DNA of 64,000 nucleotides from an uncultured Candidatus Entotheonella sp. (GCA_965217185.1 OZ244252.1:288001-352000); one strand, 5' to 3'. Shown: positions 8,802 through 18,880, counted from the first letter of the stretch. Numbers and translations are program-made. The notes: generated by a model not told the origin, from the letters alone.

Positions 8802-11800
8802 ATGAGCACGGTCGGCGAACGGGAAATCCGCACGCAGCGACGGGTGGTGGCGTTCTTCCAGGCGGCGCTTGGCTACGCCTACCTCGGTGACTGGAAAGAT
8901 CGCGACGGCAACAGCAACGTCGAGAAAACGTTGCTTACCGACTGGCTGACGCGCCAGGGCCACAGCAACAGGATCATCGCCAAAGTGCTGTTTGAACTCG
9001 GTAAGGCCGCGGCACTCGGCGGCAGCAAGACCCTCTACGACGCCAATCGCGAGGTCTATGGCCTGCTCCGCTACGGCGTGAAGGTGCAGCCGGACGCAGG
9101 CGAGCAGAACGTGACTGTCTGGCTGATCGACTGGGCAAACCCCGACAATAACGACTTCGCCCTCGCCGAAGAGGTGACGGTTGCCGAGCAGAATACCAAG
9201 CGGCCCGACCTCGTGCTCTACGTCAACGGCCTCGCCCTGGGCGTGCTGGAGTTGAAGCGTTCTACGGTATCGGTGAGCGAGGGTATCCGCCAGAATCTCG
9301 ACAACCAGAAGAAGACGTTCATCCAGCCGTTTTTTACCACGGTGCAGCTCGTGATGGCGGGCAACGACACCGAGGGGCTGCGCTACGGCGTGATTGAAAC
9401 GCGGGAGAAGTACTGGTTGCGTTGGAAGGAAGCCGAAGCCCACCCAGCCGCGGGGGATAACCCGCTGCTGCGGGAACTGGGCCAACTGTGCGGCAAGGAG
9501 CGGCTGCTAGAAGTCGTGCACGATTTCGTCGTTTTCGACGCCGGCGTCAAGAAGATTTGCCGCCATAACCAGTACTTCGGGGTGCGGGCGGCGCAAGCGT
9601 GTGTGCAGCGCCGCGAAGGCGGCATCATCTGGCATACCCAGGGAAGCGGCAAGAGCCTGAGCATGGTCTGGCTGGCGAAGTGGATTCGCGAGCACGTGGC
9701 CGACGGGCGGGTGCTGATCGTCACCGACCGGACCGAACTGGACGAGCAAATCGAGAAGGTCTTCAAGGGCGTCAGCGAGGATATCTACCGCACCGCCAGC
9801 GGCGCCGATCTGGTGCAAGCGCTGAACACCGGCGAGGAATGGCTGGTCGGTTCGCTGATCCACAAATTCGGTACCTCGGAAGAGATAAGTGAAAAGGACA
9901 TCGAAACCTACGTCGAGGAAATCAAGAAAAGCCTGCCCAAGGGGTTCCGCGCCAAGGGCGAGATATTCGTCTTCGTGGACGAATGCCACCGCACGCAATC
10001 CGGCAAGCTCCATGATGCGATGAAAGCCCTACTGCCGCGGGCGACGCTGGTCGGTTTCACTGGAACACCACTCCTCAAGGATGACAAGCGTCGGAGCATT
10101 GAGACCTTTGGGCCGTACATCCACACCTACAAGTACGACGAGGCGGTGAATGACGGAGTGGTGCTGGACCTGCGCTACGAGGCACGCGATATTGACCAGA
10201 ACCTGACCTCACCGGCCAAGGTCGACCAGTGGTTCGAGCTCAAGACCCAAGGACTGACCGACGTGGCAAAGGCCCAGCTCAAGCAACGGTGGGGCACGCT
10301 GCGAAGAGTGCTGAGTGCACGGGACCGGCTGGAAAAGATCGTCGCTGACATCATGATGGACATGGCGACGCACGACCGCCTCAAGAGCGGCTACGGCAAC
10401 GCGATGCTGATTTCCGACAGCATCTACTCGGCGTGCCGCTTCTTTGAGATGTTTCAGCAGACTGATCTGGCGGGCAAATGCGCCATCGTGACTTCTTACA
10501 AGCCCTCCCCGGCGAGCATCAAGGGGGAAGGGGGAAGCGAGGGGCTGACCGAAAGGCTGCGCCAGTACGACATCTACCGAAGAATGCTTGCGGCGCACTT
10601 CAACGAGCCGGAAGACCTAGCCATGCGCAAGGTGGAGCAGTTCGAGCAGGAGGTCAAGAAACGCTTCATTAAGGAGCCGGGACAGATGAAGCTCCTGATC
10701 GTCGTGGACAAACTGCTGACAGGCTTTGACGCGCCGCCGGCGACCTATCTCTACATCGACAAGCCGATGCAGGACCATGGCCTGTTCCAGGCTATCTGCC
10801 GGGTCAACCGCCTCGACGGCGAGGACAAGGAATATGGGTACGTCATCGACTACAAGGACCTGTTCCGGTCATTGGAGCAGTCTGTCAAGGACTACACTGG
10901 CGAGGCTTTCGACGGCTACGACAAGGCCGACGTGGAGGGTTTGCTGAAGGACCGGCTGGCGCAGGGCCGGGAGCGGCTGGAGGAAGCGCGCGAGGCGATA
11001 AAGGCGCTGTGCGAACCGGTCGAGCCGCCGCGCGATACCGCGGCCTACCTGCGTTTCTTCTGCGCCGCCGAGAGCGGCAATGCCGAGCAGCTAAAGGCCA
11101 ACGAACCGAAGCGCGTGACCCTCTATCGGTTGGCCGCGGCCTACCTGCGAGCTTATGCCAATTTGGCGAACGAGATGCGCCAGGCTGGCTATTCCGACGC
11201 CGAAGCGCAGCAGATCAAGGCCGAGGTGGACCACTATGAAAAGGTGCGCCAGGAGGTCAAGCTCGCCAGCGGCGATTACATCGACTTGAAAATGTATGAA
11301 CCGGCCATGCGGCATCTGCTCGACACGTACATTCGGGCCGAAGAGAGCGCGCAACTCTCTGCTTTCGACGACTTGACGCTGATACAGTTGATCGTTGAGC
11401 GCGGCGAAGCAGCGATCGATGCACTACCCGAGGGCACCCGCAAGAGCCCCGAAGCGGTGGCCGAGACGATTGAGAACAACGTGCGGCGGCTCATCATCGA
11501 CGAAATGCCGGTCAACCCCAAGTACTACGAAAAAATGTCGGCATTGCTGGACGTGTTGATCCGCCAGCGCAAGCAGGAAGCCATGGACTACAAGGCCTAC
11601 CTGGCCAAGATCGTCGAGTTGACCGGGACGGTCAGTAGGCCGGAGACCCAAGCATCCTATCCTGCGAGCATCCACAACGGTGCCCTGCGGGCGCTTTACG
11701 ACAATCTGGAAGAGCCGGAAGTTTCGGTCGTGCGCGACCCCATGACACCATATGGCGACACACCGAATTTCGACCCCAAGGAAGAGCGGGTCCTTGCCCT

Positions 11801-11954
11801 GGACCACGCCATCCGTCACGTGAAAAAGGCGGACTGGCGCGGAAACAGATTCAAGGAACGCGAGGTTCGTAACGCCGTCAAGTCAGTGCTCGGCGACGAC
11901 GAGGGCTTGGTGAGTACGATATTCGAAATCGTGAAGGCACAGCGTGACTATTGA
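8802..11954 (+). CDS. hsdR: Type I R-M restriction subunit
   Basis: RPDLVLYVNG..LELK nuclease, HTQGSGKS, DECHR, GFTGTP, LLTGFDAP, QAICRVNR. Confidence 0.95.
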   Translation: MSTVGEREIRTQRRVVAFFQAALGYAYLGDWKDRDGNSNVEKTLLTDWLTRQGHSNRIIAKVLFELGKAAALGGSKTLYDANREVYGLLRYGVKVQPDAGEQNVTVWLIDWANPDNNDFALAEEVTVAEQNTKRPDLVLYVNGLALGVLELKRSTVSVSEGIRQNLDNQKKTFIQPFFTTVQLVMAGNDTEGLRYGVIETREKYWLRWKEAEAHPAAGDNPLLRELGQLCGKERLLEVVHDFVVFDAGVKKICRHNQYFGVRAAQACVQRREGGIIWHTQGSGKSLSMVWLAKWIREHVADGRVLIVTDRTELDEQIEKVFKGVSEDIYRTASGADLVQALNTGEEWLVGSLIHKFGTSEEISEKDIETYVEEIKKSLPKGFRAKGEIFVFVDECHRTQSGKLHDAMKALLPRATLVGFTGTPLLKDDKRRSIETFGPYIHTYKYDEAVNDGVVLDLRYEARDIDQNLTSPAKVDQWFELKTQGLTDVAKAQLKQRWGTLRRVLSARDRLEKIVADIMMDMATHDRLKSGYGNAMLISDSIYSACRFFEMFQQTDLAGKCAIVTSYKPSPASIKGEGGSEGLTERLRQYDIYRRMLAAHFNEPEDLAMRKVEQFEQEVKKRFIKEPGQMKLLIVVDKLLTGFDAPPATYLYIDKPMQDHGLFQAICRVNRLDGEDKEYGYVIDYKDLFRSLEQSVKDYTGEAFDGYDKADVEGLLKDRLAQGRERLEEAREAIKALCEPVEPPRDTAAYLRFFCAAESGNAEQLKANEPKRVTLYRLAAAYLRAYANLANEMRQAGYSDAEAQQIKAEVDHYEKVRQEVKLASGDYIDLKMYEPAMRHLLDTYIRAEESAQLSAFDDLTLIQLIVERGEAAIDALPEGTRKSPEAVAETIENNVRRLIIDEMPVNPKYYEKMSALLDVLIRQRKQEAMDYKAYLAKIVELTGTVSRPETQASYPASIHNGALRALYDNLEEPEVSVVRDPMTPYGDTPNFDPKEERVLALDHAIRHVKKADWRGNRFKEREVRNAVKSVLGDDEGLVSTIFEIVKAQRDY

Positions 11955-12675
11955 GGATAGAGGCCGCCAAATCGACGTGCGAGGTACAACCGTGGAGGTC
12001 GTCCACAGGGACATCAAGAACCTCCACGTGGGTGTCTATCCGCCAAGCGGTCGGGTGCGGGTGGCCGCGCCGTTGCGCCTTGATGAAGGTGCCGTGCGTC
12101 TGGCCGTTATTTCGCGCCTGGGATGGATTCGCCGTAAACAGGCCGGGTTCGAGCAACAGGCTCGCCAGTCTCAGCGAAAGTTCGTCACCGGTGAGAGTCA
12201 TTACGTTGAAGGCCGGCGCTACCGGCTTGGCGTAACCGAACACGATGGCCCGCCAACTGTTCGTCTGCTTAACAATACGACGTTAGCGTTAACCGTTCGT
12301 CCTGATACCAACCGCGACAAGCGGGAGGCTGTGCTTTACCGATGGTATCGCCACCGGCTCCGAAGCCGTCTGCCGGCGCTTCTTGCAAAATGGGAACCGA
12401 GGGTTGGAACGCGGGGTACTGAAGTGCGCATCAAGAAGATGAAAACCCACTGGGGAACGTGCAACACGGATGCCCGCCGTATCTGGCTAAATCTTGAATT
12501 GGCGAAGAAACCGGTGTTGTGCCTTGAGTACATCCTGGTGCATGAGATGGTCCACCTGATTGAGCGTCATCATACCGATCGGTTTCGACAACTGATGGAC
12601 AGACTCATGCCGCAGTGGCGCGTTTATCGAGATGAGTTGAATCAGAGCCCGCTGGCACATGAAGCTTGGCGTTAG
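11944..12675 (+). CDS. M48/YgjP (SprT-like) metallopeptidase associated with type I R-M
   Basis: KMKTHWGTC, EYILVHEMVHL (HExxH). Confidence 0.88.
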   Translation: MTIEDRGRQIDVRGTTVEVVHRDIKNLHVGVYPPSGRVRVAAPLRLDEGAVRLAVISRLGWIRRKQAGFEQQARQSQRKFVTGESHYVEGRRYRLGVTEHDGPPTVRLLNNTTLALTVRPDTNRDKREAVLYRWYRHRLRSRLPALLAKWEPRVGTRGTEVRIKKMKTHWGTCNTDARRIWLNLELAKKPVLCLEYILVHEMVHLIERHHTDRFRQLMDRLMPQWRVYRDELNQSPLAHEAWR

Positions 12676-12686
12676 CGAGAGGAAAA

Positions 12687-12929
12687 TCACAAGCGCTTCA
12701 ACAGTCCCACTCGTTCCATGCAATGACGGCTTGCTCCTTGGTAGTCGCCCATCGCAGCCAGTGCCTCGGAAAGTGTTGCAGCGACGCTTTGCTGCAACTC
12801 CGCATGGGTACGTTCCTGGCAGTTCACGCCGGGAGCTTCCTCAATACAGCCGCTCCACAGCCGTGTATTTCGCCGTCCCTCCAGGTATGCGGAAATCGCC
12901 TTCCTGAATCGGTGCCATGTATCAGCCAA
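12687..12929 (-). pseudogene. Degenerate HicB-like antitoxin
   Basis: WSGCIEEAPGVNCQERTHAELQQSV resembles HicB core; N-terminus not recognisable. Confidence 0.45.
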
Positions 12930-13137
12930 CCCTGGTGGAACGAACGGGAAGGGCCTCGGTTTCCAGTGTCGTCAGGTCGAAGCGTCTGGACGCATGGTCG
13001 ATGTCGAAGCCGACCACCTCGCCGTCGGCATCAAGGTCGACATTGAGGCCGTCCGAGACCTCGCGGGTCTCCGCGCCCGGCCCGGCCTTGAGCTCGACAT
13101 AGAGGCTGTCCGTTTCCGGATAATAATGCAGCTTCAT
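12922..13137 (-). CDS. DUF2283-type antitoxin
   Basis: MKLHYYPETDSLYVEL..VDLDADGEVVGFDI. Confidence 0.8.
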   Translation of the reverse strand: MKLHYYPETDSLYVELKAGPGAETREVSDGLNVDLDADGEVVGFDIDHASRRFDLTTLETEALPVRSTRVG

Positions 13138-13385
13138 GGATTTTCCTTTCGGAAGCGTCGATCGAAGAAAGCGTTGTGAATCGTCTCACCGTCGGCCAGC
13201 GTCACGACTCGGAGGAAACGGGGACCGGTTGCGCCAGGAAGGGTGATCTCACCCCAGAATCGGACGCGGCCGTCCGGCTGCGCTTCTCGACGGAGCGGTG
13301 TGGTTATGACCCGAACGCACCATGCCGGATCAATGTAGGGCCGCTTGCGGCGTACTTGCTCCTCGAAATAGCGTGTCGTTTTCAT
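13134..13385 (-). CDS. Putative RelE-like toxin paired with DUF2283
   Basis: QPDGRVRFWG..LRVVTLADGETIHNAFFDR; overlaps antitoxin start. Confidence 0.7.
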   Translation of the reverse strand: MKTTRYFEEQVRRKRPYIDPAWCVRVITTPLRREAQPDGRVRFWGEITLPGATGPRFLRVVTLADGETIHNAFFDRRFRKENP

Positions 13386-13461
13386 AAGCGGCCTGGGAAC
13401 AGTTATTGAGTGAGAAATCCCACTTCGGCGTCAGTTGGTACTTGTGCCTGACAAGAACTCA

Positions 13462-13632
13462 TCAGGGAAGGCCTTTTTCTGCGCGTACCTCAAGGCAGAG
13501 TGTAATGGCTTCTTTTATGTTGTCCAACGCCTGGGCTTTGGTCGTTCCCTGACTGACGCAGCCCGGAATTGCGGGGCATTCCACAATCCACATACCATCT
13601 TCATCGCGGTCAACCGTCACATTGAATTTCAT
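13462..13632 (-). CDS. HicB-family antitoxin (short, possibly truncated)
   Basis: MKFNVTVDRDEDGMWIVECPAIPGCVSQGTTKAQALDNIKEAI. Confidence 0.8.
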   Translation of the reverse strand: MKFNVTVDRDEDGMWIVECPAIPGCVSQGTTKAQALDNIKEAITLCLEVRAEKGLP

Positions 13633-13770
13633 CTCTTTCTTGAAACCTCCGTCGGTTTTGCACCACACCCTTTCCGTTCTTGACGAGCGGTCAGAATTCC
13701 CTTTATCTATCGGAAAAGAACTCCGAATACAAGAATGCCATTGCGAACTGACGTTCCCAGGAGACATGAC

Positions 13771-16422
13771 ATGAACGCCACAAAGCCGATCACAATGACT
13801 ACGTTGCAGCCAGCCGGCGCGGTGTTTCATCGCTGCGCCTTGCAAGTGAATCCGCATCCCGACGGCGACGCGCCGTCCCGCGCCGCGGCGATCGTAGCCA
13901 AGGCCGTCGAACTCGGCGTATCCGTGCTTGTCGTTTCCGGTCCCAGCGGCATAGCGGCCTTCCGCACCGCGGCTGCGGGCCAGGGCATCACCCTGTTTCC
14001 CGGCTTTGAGTTGACGTCCGCCGAGGGCATTCACGTCCTTTGCATCTACCCACCGGATGCTGACGAGGGACAACTCGAACGGTTCCTCGGCCAGCTCGGA
14101 ATTGACTCTTCCGCGCCTTCCTCTGACCCGTCAAGCATGCCGTTCGAGAACGTGCTGACGAGGCTTCGCGTACAGGGCGGCGTCGCGATTGCCGCACATG
14201 CGACGCCCGACGGCGGCCTGTTCGACAGCCTGTCGACCCAGGCGTGGCGCAGCGAGGACCTGCTCGCCGTTCGCATTCCCGGGGCCATCGAGGAGCTTCC
14301 TGAAGACACGCGCCGTATCCTCGAAAACCGGAATGCGGATTACCGGCGCGTCCACCCCGCGGGCGACAAGCAGGCGGTGGCCGTGGTCAACGCAAAAGAC
14401 GTTACGATCGCTGCGGACCTCGAACACCCCGACGCTACCTGCCGCATCAAGATGTCCGAGGTGAGCATCGAGGGCTTGCGGCAGGCGTTTCTGGACCCGG
14501 ACTCGCGCATCCGCCTCAATCGTCAGGACGGCGAATCGGAGGCCGAGGCGCACACCGAATTGATGAGCCTTGCGTGGGAGGGGGGCTTTCTGGACGGCGC
14601 CAGCATCTCGCTGAACCCCAACCTCAACGTCCTGGTCGGCGGCCACGGCGCCGGCAAGTCAACGATCATCGAAAGCCTGCGCTACGTGCTGGCCCTGGAC
14701 CCCGTCGGCGAAGAGGCGGGCAAGGCCCACCAAAGCATCGTGCGCCACGTGCTGCGCAGCGGCACCAAGGTCTCGCTGCGCGTGCGCTGTTATCGCCCGG
14801 CGACGCGCGAATACCTGATCGAGCGCACCGTTCCCAACCCGCCCGTGATTCGCGATGAAAACGGCCTGGTCTCCAGCCTGCTGCCCAGGGACATCCTGCC
14901 CCGCGTCGAGGTGTACGGTCAGCACGAAATTTCGGAACTCGCCCGCAGCGGCGAGAAGCTCACCCGCTTGCTCGACCGCTTTGCCCAGTCCGACCCGTCG
15001 ATGGCCAGGCGCAAGGCGGACCTTCGCCGCGACCTCAGAAAAACGCGGGAAGCCCTGTTGGACCTGCAGGCGGAGTTGCGGCACATCGAAGAGCGGCTGG
15101 CGGCCCTGCCCAGCCTGGAAGAAACCCTCGAACGCTTCCATGAGGTTGGGCTTGAGGACCGCTTGCGCGGGCGCAGCCTGCTGGTGCGCGGGGAGCAGGT
15201 GATGGACTCCATTCCCGAGCGCCTGCGTACCTTCCGCGACGGCCTGGAAACCATGCGGCAGGAACTTCCCCTCAATCGCGTGTTCCTGTCGCCCGAAGCG
15301 CTTGAGGACCTGCCGGGCCGGGATATCCTTGGCGGTGCGGACCGCGTGCTGGAGCGTCTGACCAGCGACCTCCAATCCATCGTGCGTCAATTGGACGAAG
15401 CCCTGGCGCGCGCCGACAACGGCGTCGCTGAGGTGCGTTCCCACTGGGACAGGCACCGGCTCGAGGTGCAGGCCGCGTACGAGGCCATTCTGCGCGAGCT
15501 TCAGCAGGCGGCGGTGGACGGCGAGGAGTTCATCCGTCTGCGTGGGGAGATTGAAGGGTTGCGCCCGCTGCAGGATCGCCAGTCCCTGCTGCAGCAACAG
15601 GAAAGCGAATACCTGAATCGCCGCCGGGCGCTGCTGGCCGAGTGGGAGGACGTCAAGGCCGAAGAGTTCCGCGCCCTCGACCGGGCCGCCCAGAACGTCA
15701 GCGGCAGGCTGACCGGCCGCGTTCAGGTGGAGGTCACGGCCGCGGGGAATCGAGAACCGCTGGCCGCGCTGCTGCGCAACCGGATCGGCGGCAATCTCAA
15801 GAGCACGGTTGAAAAACTGGCGGGTCTGGACACGATGTCCCTGGTCGATCTGGCTGCTGCCTGCCGCGACGGCGCCGACGCCTTGATCGACGCCTACGGC
15901 CTGACCCGGAGCCAGGCGCGAAACATCGCCGAGGCCGGGCCGGACATCGCCCTGCGCATTGAGGAACTGGAACTGCCGCCCACAACGACCATCCGGCTCA
16001 ACACCGCGCCGCCCGGTGCAGCGCCGTCGTGGCAGGCGCTCGACGCGCTCTCGATCGGCCAGAAGGCCAACGCGGTGCTGCTGCTCCTGCTGCTCGAATC
16101 CGACGCGCCGCTGATTGTGGATCAGCCCGAGGGCGACCTCGACAACCGCTCCATTACCGAGGGCATCGTGCCCCGGATGCGTGAGGAAAAGCAGCGCCGG
16201 CAGTTCATTTTCTCGACCCACAACGCCAACATTCCGGTGCTCGGTGACGCCGAGCTGATTCTCGGGCTGACGGCCTCGGGTGAGTCCGGCGGCGGACAGG
16301 GGCGCATCGCGCCGGAGCACCTGGGGTCCATTGATACCCAACTGGTGCGTGCATTGGTGGAGGACATTCTCGAGGGCGGCAAAGACGCCTTTGAGACGAG
16401 ACGGCTGAAGTACGGCTTCTGA
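13771..16422 (+). CDS. PHP-like domain + SMC-like coiled-coil ATPase (TrlF/Ppl-like)
   Basis: FPGFELTSAEGIHVL and AIAAH PHP motifs, EGLRQAFLDPDSRI, Walker A GGHGAGKST, long coiled coil, LSIGQK, PLIVDQPEGDLDN, STHNANI. Confidence 0.8.
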   Translation: MNATKPITMTTLQPAGAVFHRCALQVNPHPDGDAPSRAAAIVAKAVELGVSVLVVSGPSGIAAFRTAAAGQGITLFPGFELTSAEGIHVLCIYPPDADEGQLERFLGQLGIDSSAPSSDPSSMPFENVLTRLRVQGGVAIAAHATPDGGLFDSLSTQAWRSEDLLAVRIPGAIEELPEDTRRILENRNADYRRVHPAGDKQAVAVVNAKDVTIAADLEHPDATCRIKMSEVSIEGLRQAFLDPDSRIRLNRQDGESEAEAHTELMSLAWEGGFLDGASISLNPNLNVLVGGHGAGKSTIIESLRYVLALDPVGEEAGKAHQSIVRHVLRSGTKVSLRVRCYRPATREYLIERTVPNPPVIRDENGLVSSLLPRDILPRVEVYGQHEISELARSGEKLTRLLDRFAQSDPSMARRKADLRRDLRKTREALLDLQAELRHIEERLAALPSLEETLERFHEVGLEDRLRGRSLLVRGEQVMDSIPERLRTFRDGLETMRQELPLNRVFLSPEALEDLPGRDILGGADRVLERLTSDLQSIVRQLDEALARADNGVAEVRSHWDRHRLEVQAAYEAILRELQQAAVDGEEFIRLRGEIEGLRPLQDRQSLLQQQESEYLNRRRALLAEWEDVKAEEFRALDRAAQNVSGRLTGRVQVEVTAAGNREPLAALLRNRIGGNLKSTVEKLAGLDTMSLVDLAAACRDGADALIDAYGLTRSQARNIAEAGPDIALRIEELELPPTTTIRLNTAPPGAAPSWQALDALSIGQKANAVLLLLLLESDAPLIVDQPEGDLDNRSITEGIVPRMREEKQRRQFIFSTHNANIPVLGDAELILGLTASGESGGGQGRIAPEHLGSIDTQLVRALVEDILEGGKDAFETRRLKYGF

Positions 16423-16437
16423 GAACAAGGAAGAACC

Positions 16438-17145
16438 ATGTGCGGTCGCTTCACCCAGCAACTGACCGAAGGCGAAATGCACGACCTGTACGGTGTGATG
16501 CAACCGACCCTGCCGCTGGATTTGCCGCCGCGCTACAACGGTGCGCCGACGCAGGACTTCTCAGCGTGCCGGCTCGATGAGACGGGGCGCCGTGTCGTAA
16601 CCAGGTTGCGTTGGGGACTGGTGCCGTTCTGGGCGAAGGATGTCGGGATAGGGGCGCGGTTGATCAACGCACGGGCGGAGACGGTGGGCGACAAGCCGGC
16701 GTACCGGGCGGCCTTTCGCGCGCGCCGGTGTCTGGTGCCGGCCAATGGCTGGTTCGAGTGGCAGCGCGCCGGGCGTAGCAAGCAGCCGTGGTTTGTCGCC
16801 CTGGCGGATACCTCACCGGTGTCGTTCGCGGCGCTGTGGGAACGCTGGGACAAGGCGGGCGATGGTCTGGAAACTTTCACCATCATCACCACGGAAGCCT
16901 GCGAGAGTCTGACGGATATCCATCACCGGCAACCCGCGATCATCCACCCCGATCACGTTGCCGATTGGCTCGATCCCACTTTGCGGCTCGAGCAACTCGT
17001 TGATCTGGTGCGTGAACCTTGCACCGGCCCCTTCGAGAAACGCCCCGTCAGCGCCCGGGTGAACAGCGTTGCCAACAACGACGTAAGCATCCTGAGCCCC
17101 GCGCGGCTGCACCGCACTTCGGAGCCAGGGCTGTTTGACCGATAG
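16438..17145 (+). CDS. SRAP-family (YedK/HMCES-like) protein
   Basis: MCGRF N-terminus, WGLVPFW, INARAET, RCLVPANGWFEW, IHHRQP. Confidence 0.92.
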   Translation: MCGRFTQQLTEGEMHDLYGVMQPTLPLDLPPRYNGAPTQDFSACRLDETGRRVVTRLRWGLVPFWAKDVGIGARLINARAETVGDKPAYRAAFRARRCLVPANGWFEWQRAGRSKQPWFVALADTSPVSFAALWERWDKAGDGLETFTIITTEACESLTDIHHRQPAIIHPDHVADWLDPTLRLEQLVDLVREPCTGPFEKRPVSARVNSVANNDVSILSPARLHRTSEPGLFDR

Positions 17146-17160
17146 AGGGGAGCATCCGCT

Positions 17161-17457
17161 TTACTCGCCCGTGTTGGTCAGTTCAAGCCGCAAGCGCTTA
17201 CCGCATACAGTCGCTGCTTTTTGAAGGGTGTGAAGCGTAACAGAGGAATTGCTCGGATCTAACAAACGGTTCAGGGCCGCTCGGCTCGTTTGCATGCGGG
17301 CCGCCATGGCCGTTCGAGTCAAGCCCTTCTCCTGCATGGCACGCTTGATCTGCTCGGCCAGCAATTCTTTAATCGCCTGTTCTTCGCAGGCTTCGAGCAG
17401 GCCCTCCTCAGCTAAAAAGTCATCGAAGGAGGATCCGACACGGGGGTTCTGGCTCAT
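17161..17457 (-). CDS. XRE/HigA-like antitoxin
   Basis: GSSFDDFLAEEG, HTH MAARMQTSRAALNRLLDP. Confidence 0.85.
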   Translation of the reverse strand: MSQNPRVGSSFDDFLAEEGLLEACEEQAIKELLAEQIKRAMQEKGLTRTAMAARMQTSRAALNRLLDPSNSSVTLHTLQKAATVCGKRLRLELTNTGE

Positions 17458-17822
17458 GGTCCAACTTCCTTCTGATCGCGTTCGATTTCCATTTTGCGCA
17501 CTCGGGCGAGCTCGAGGTCCCGCTTTGGTGTCTTCTGGGTCTTCTTGATGAAGCCGTGCAGTAAGATCATCTGACCCTCAACGATGCAGAAGAGTACCCG
17601 GGCGGTGCGCTGTGATGGTAATTCGCTACGAACTTCCCACAGACCTTGGCCGAGAGCGCGACAGACGGGCAATCCAAGCGGCCAACCGAACTCAACTTTT
17701 TGAATATCCTTGCCGATGACTTGGCGCTCGCTCTGGGCCAAGCGCTTCAGCCATTCGCGAACAGGTTCATGGCCGTTGATGTTGCGATAAAACCGTGTAG
17801 GCAGTTTCTTGACGAAGGACAT
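17454..17822 (-). CDS. RelE/HigB (Gp49-like) toxin
   Basis: EPVREWL, GLWEVRS, LLHGFIKKTQKTP. Confidence 0.88.
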   Translation of the reverse strand: MSFVKKLPTRFYRNINGHEPVREWLKRLAQSERQVIGKDIQKVEFGWPLGLPVCRALGQGLWEVRSELPSQRTARVLFCIVEGQMILLHGFIKKTQKTPKRDLELARVRKMEIERDQKEVGP

Positions 17823-17930
17823 GAAGCAAATGTATCTAAAATGACACGGTCAATCAATTGTGAAGTGTGACGATTGTTTCTGCTGGCAGGGCGCGACCCG
17901 TCCGGTGGGAACACCTGGGTAGAGAGAAGT

Positions 17931-18818
17931 TCACCGGCTCAGCGCTGCCGCCATGGCCAGTACGCGCTGGGCGGATTCGACGATGGGGTAGTCGATGAAC
18001 TGGCCGTCGAGCTGGATGGAGGCCAGGCCGTCGGCTTCGGCTTGGCTGAAGGCGTCGACGACGCGGGTGGCGAAGTCGATTTCGGCGGCTGAAGGGGAGA
18101 AGACAGTATTGATCGGCTCGACTTGGCTGGGGTGGATGGCCATTTTGCCCTGGAAACCAAGTTGCTTGGCGGTGCGGGCACTGTGGGTGAGGCCGCGTTG
18201 GTCGCGCAGGTCGACCCAGACAGTGTCGAGGGGCGGTTCGAGGCCGGCGGCGCGGGAGGCGATGACCAAGGCCGAGCGAGCGTACTGGCTTTCGATTTCG
18301 CGCCGCGACCAGGCGACACCGATGTCGCGGGTGAAATCGCCGGCGCCGAAGGCGAGGCGTTTGACACGCGTGCCGGAGGCGGCGATGTCGTAAGCCCGCT
18401 GCACGGCGAGGGCGGTCTCGATAATGGGAATAACGTCAACGCTGCCGGGCGCGAGGCCGTGCTGCGTTTCCAGCTCTTGCAGCAGGGTGTCGGCGCGGCG
18501 CAGGTCGTCGGGCGATTCCACCTTGGGCAGAATGATGCCCGCCAGACCGGGGCGCACCACCGCGGCCAAATCCGCCTCACCGATGGGCTGTGAGAATCCT
18601 GTCGTCGCCACCAACGGGTTGACGCGCACGTACACGGGGCAGGTGTCGATAGCGTCGACCGCTTCGCGCACCGCTTGCCGGGTGGCTTCCTTTTCGCTGA
18701 TCGGCACCGCGTCTTCGAGGTCCAGAATCACGGCGTCGGCGCCGCAGTGTCCCACCTTTTGCAGCATGCGCGGGCGGTTGCCGGGGGCAAACAACAGGGT
18801 TCGCAGCGGGCTTGGCAT
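17931..18818 (-). CDS. CitE/malyl-CoA lyase-like CoA-ester lyase
   Basis: ADAVILDLEDAVP, IIET, FGAGDF, GFQGKMAIHPSQ. Confidence 0.88.
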   Translation of the reverse strand: MPSPLRTLLFAPGNRPRMLQKVGHCGADAVILDLEDAVPISEKEATRQAVREAVDAIDTCPVYVRVNPLVATTGFSQPIGEADLAAVVRPGLAGIILPKVESPDDLRRADTLLQELETQHGLAPGSVDVIPIIETALAVQRAYDIAASGTRVKRLAFGAGDFTRDIGVAWSRREIESQYARSALVIASRAAGLEPPLDTVWVDLRDQRGLTHSARTAKQLGFQGKMAIHPSQVEPINTVFSPSAAEIDFATRVVDAFSQAEADGLASIQLDGQFIDYPIVESAQRVLAMAAALSR

Positions 18819-18840
18819 CTCTGGGTTCTCCAACTACGGC

Positions 18841-18880
18841 TCCCTCTCCCCTTGGCGGGAGAGGGTCGGGGTGAGGGGGA
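18841..18880. repeat. REP-like palindrome, family A
   Basis: TCCCTCTCCCC-ttggc-GGGAGAGGG..GGGGTGAGGGGG; related copies at 33407-33446 and 33506-33543. Confidence 0.7.

Noticed and set aside
12660..12690. GCGTTAG as an integron attC end
   Set aside because: It is only the last codons of the peptidase gene; no matching inverse core or integrase
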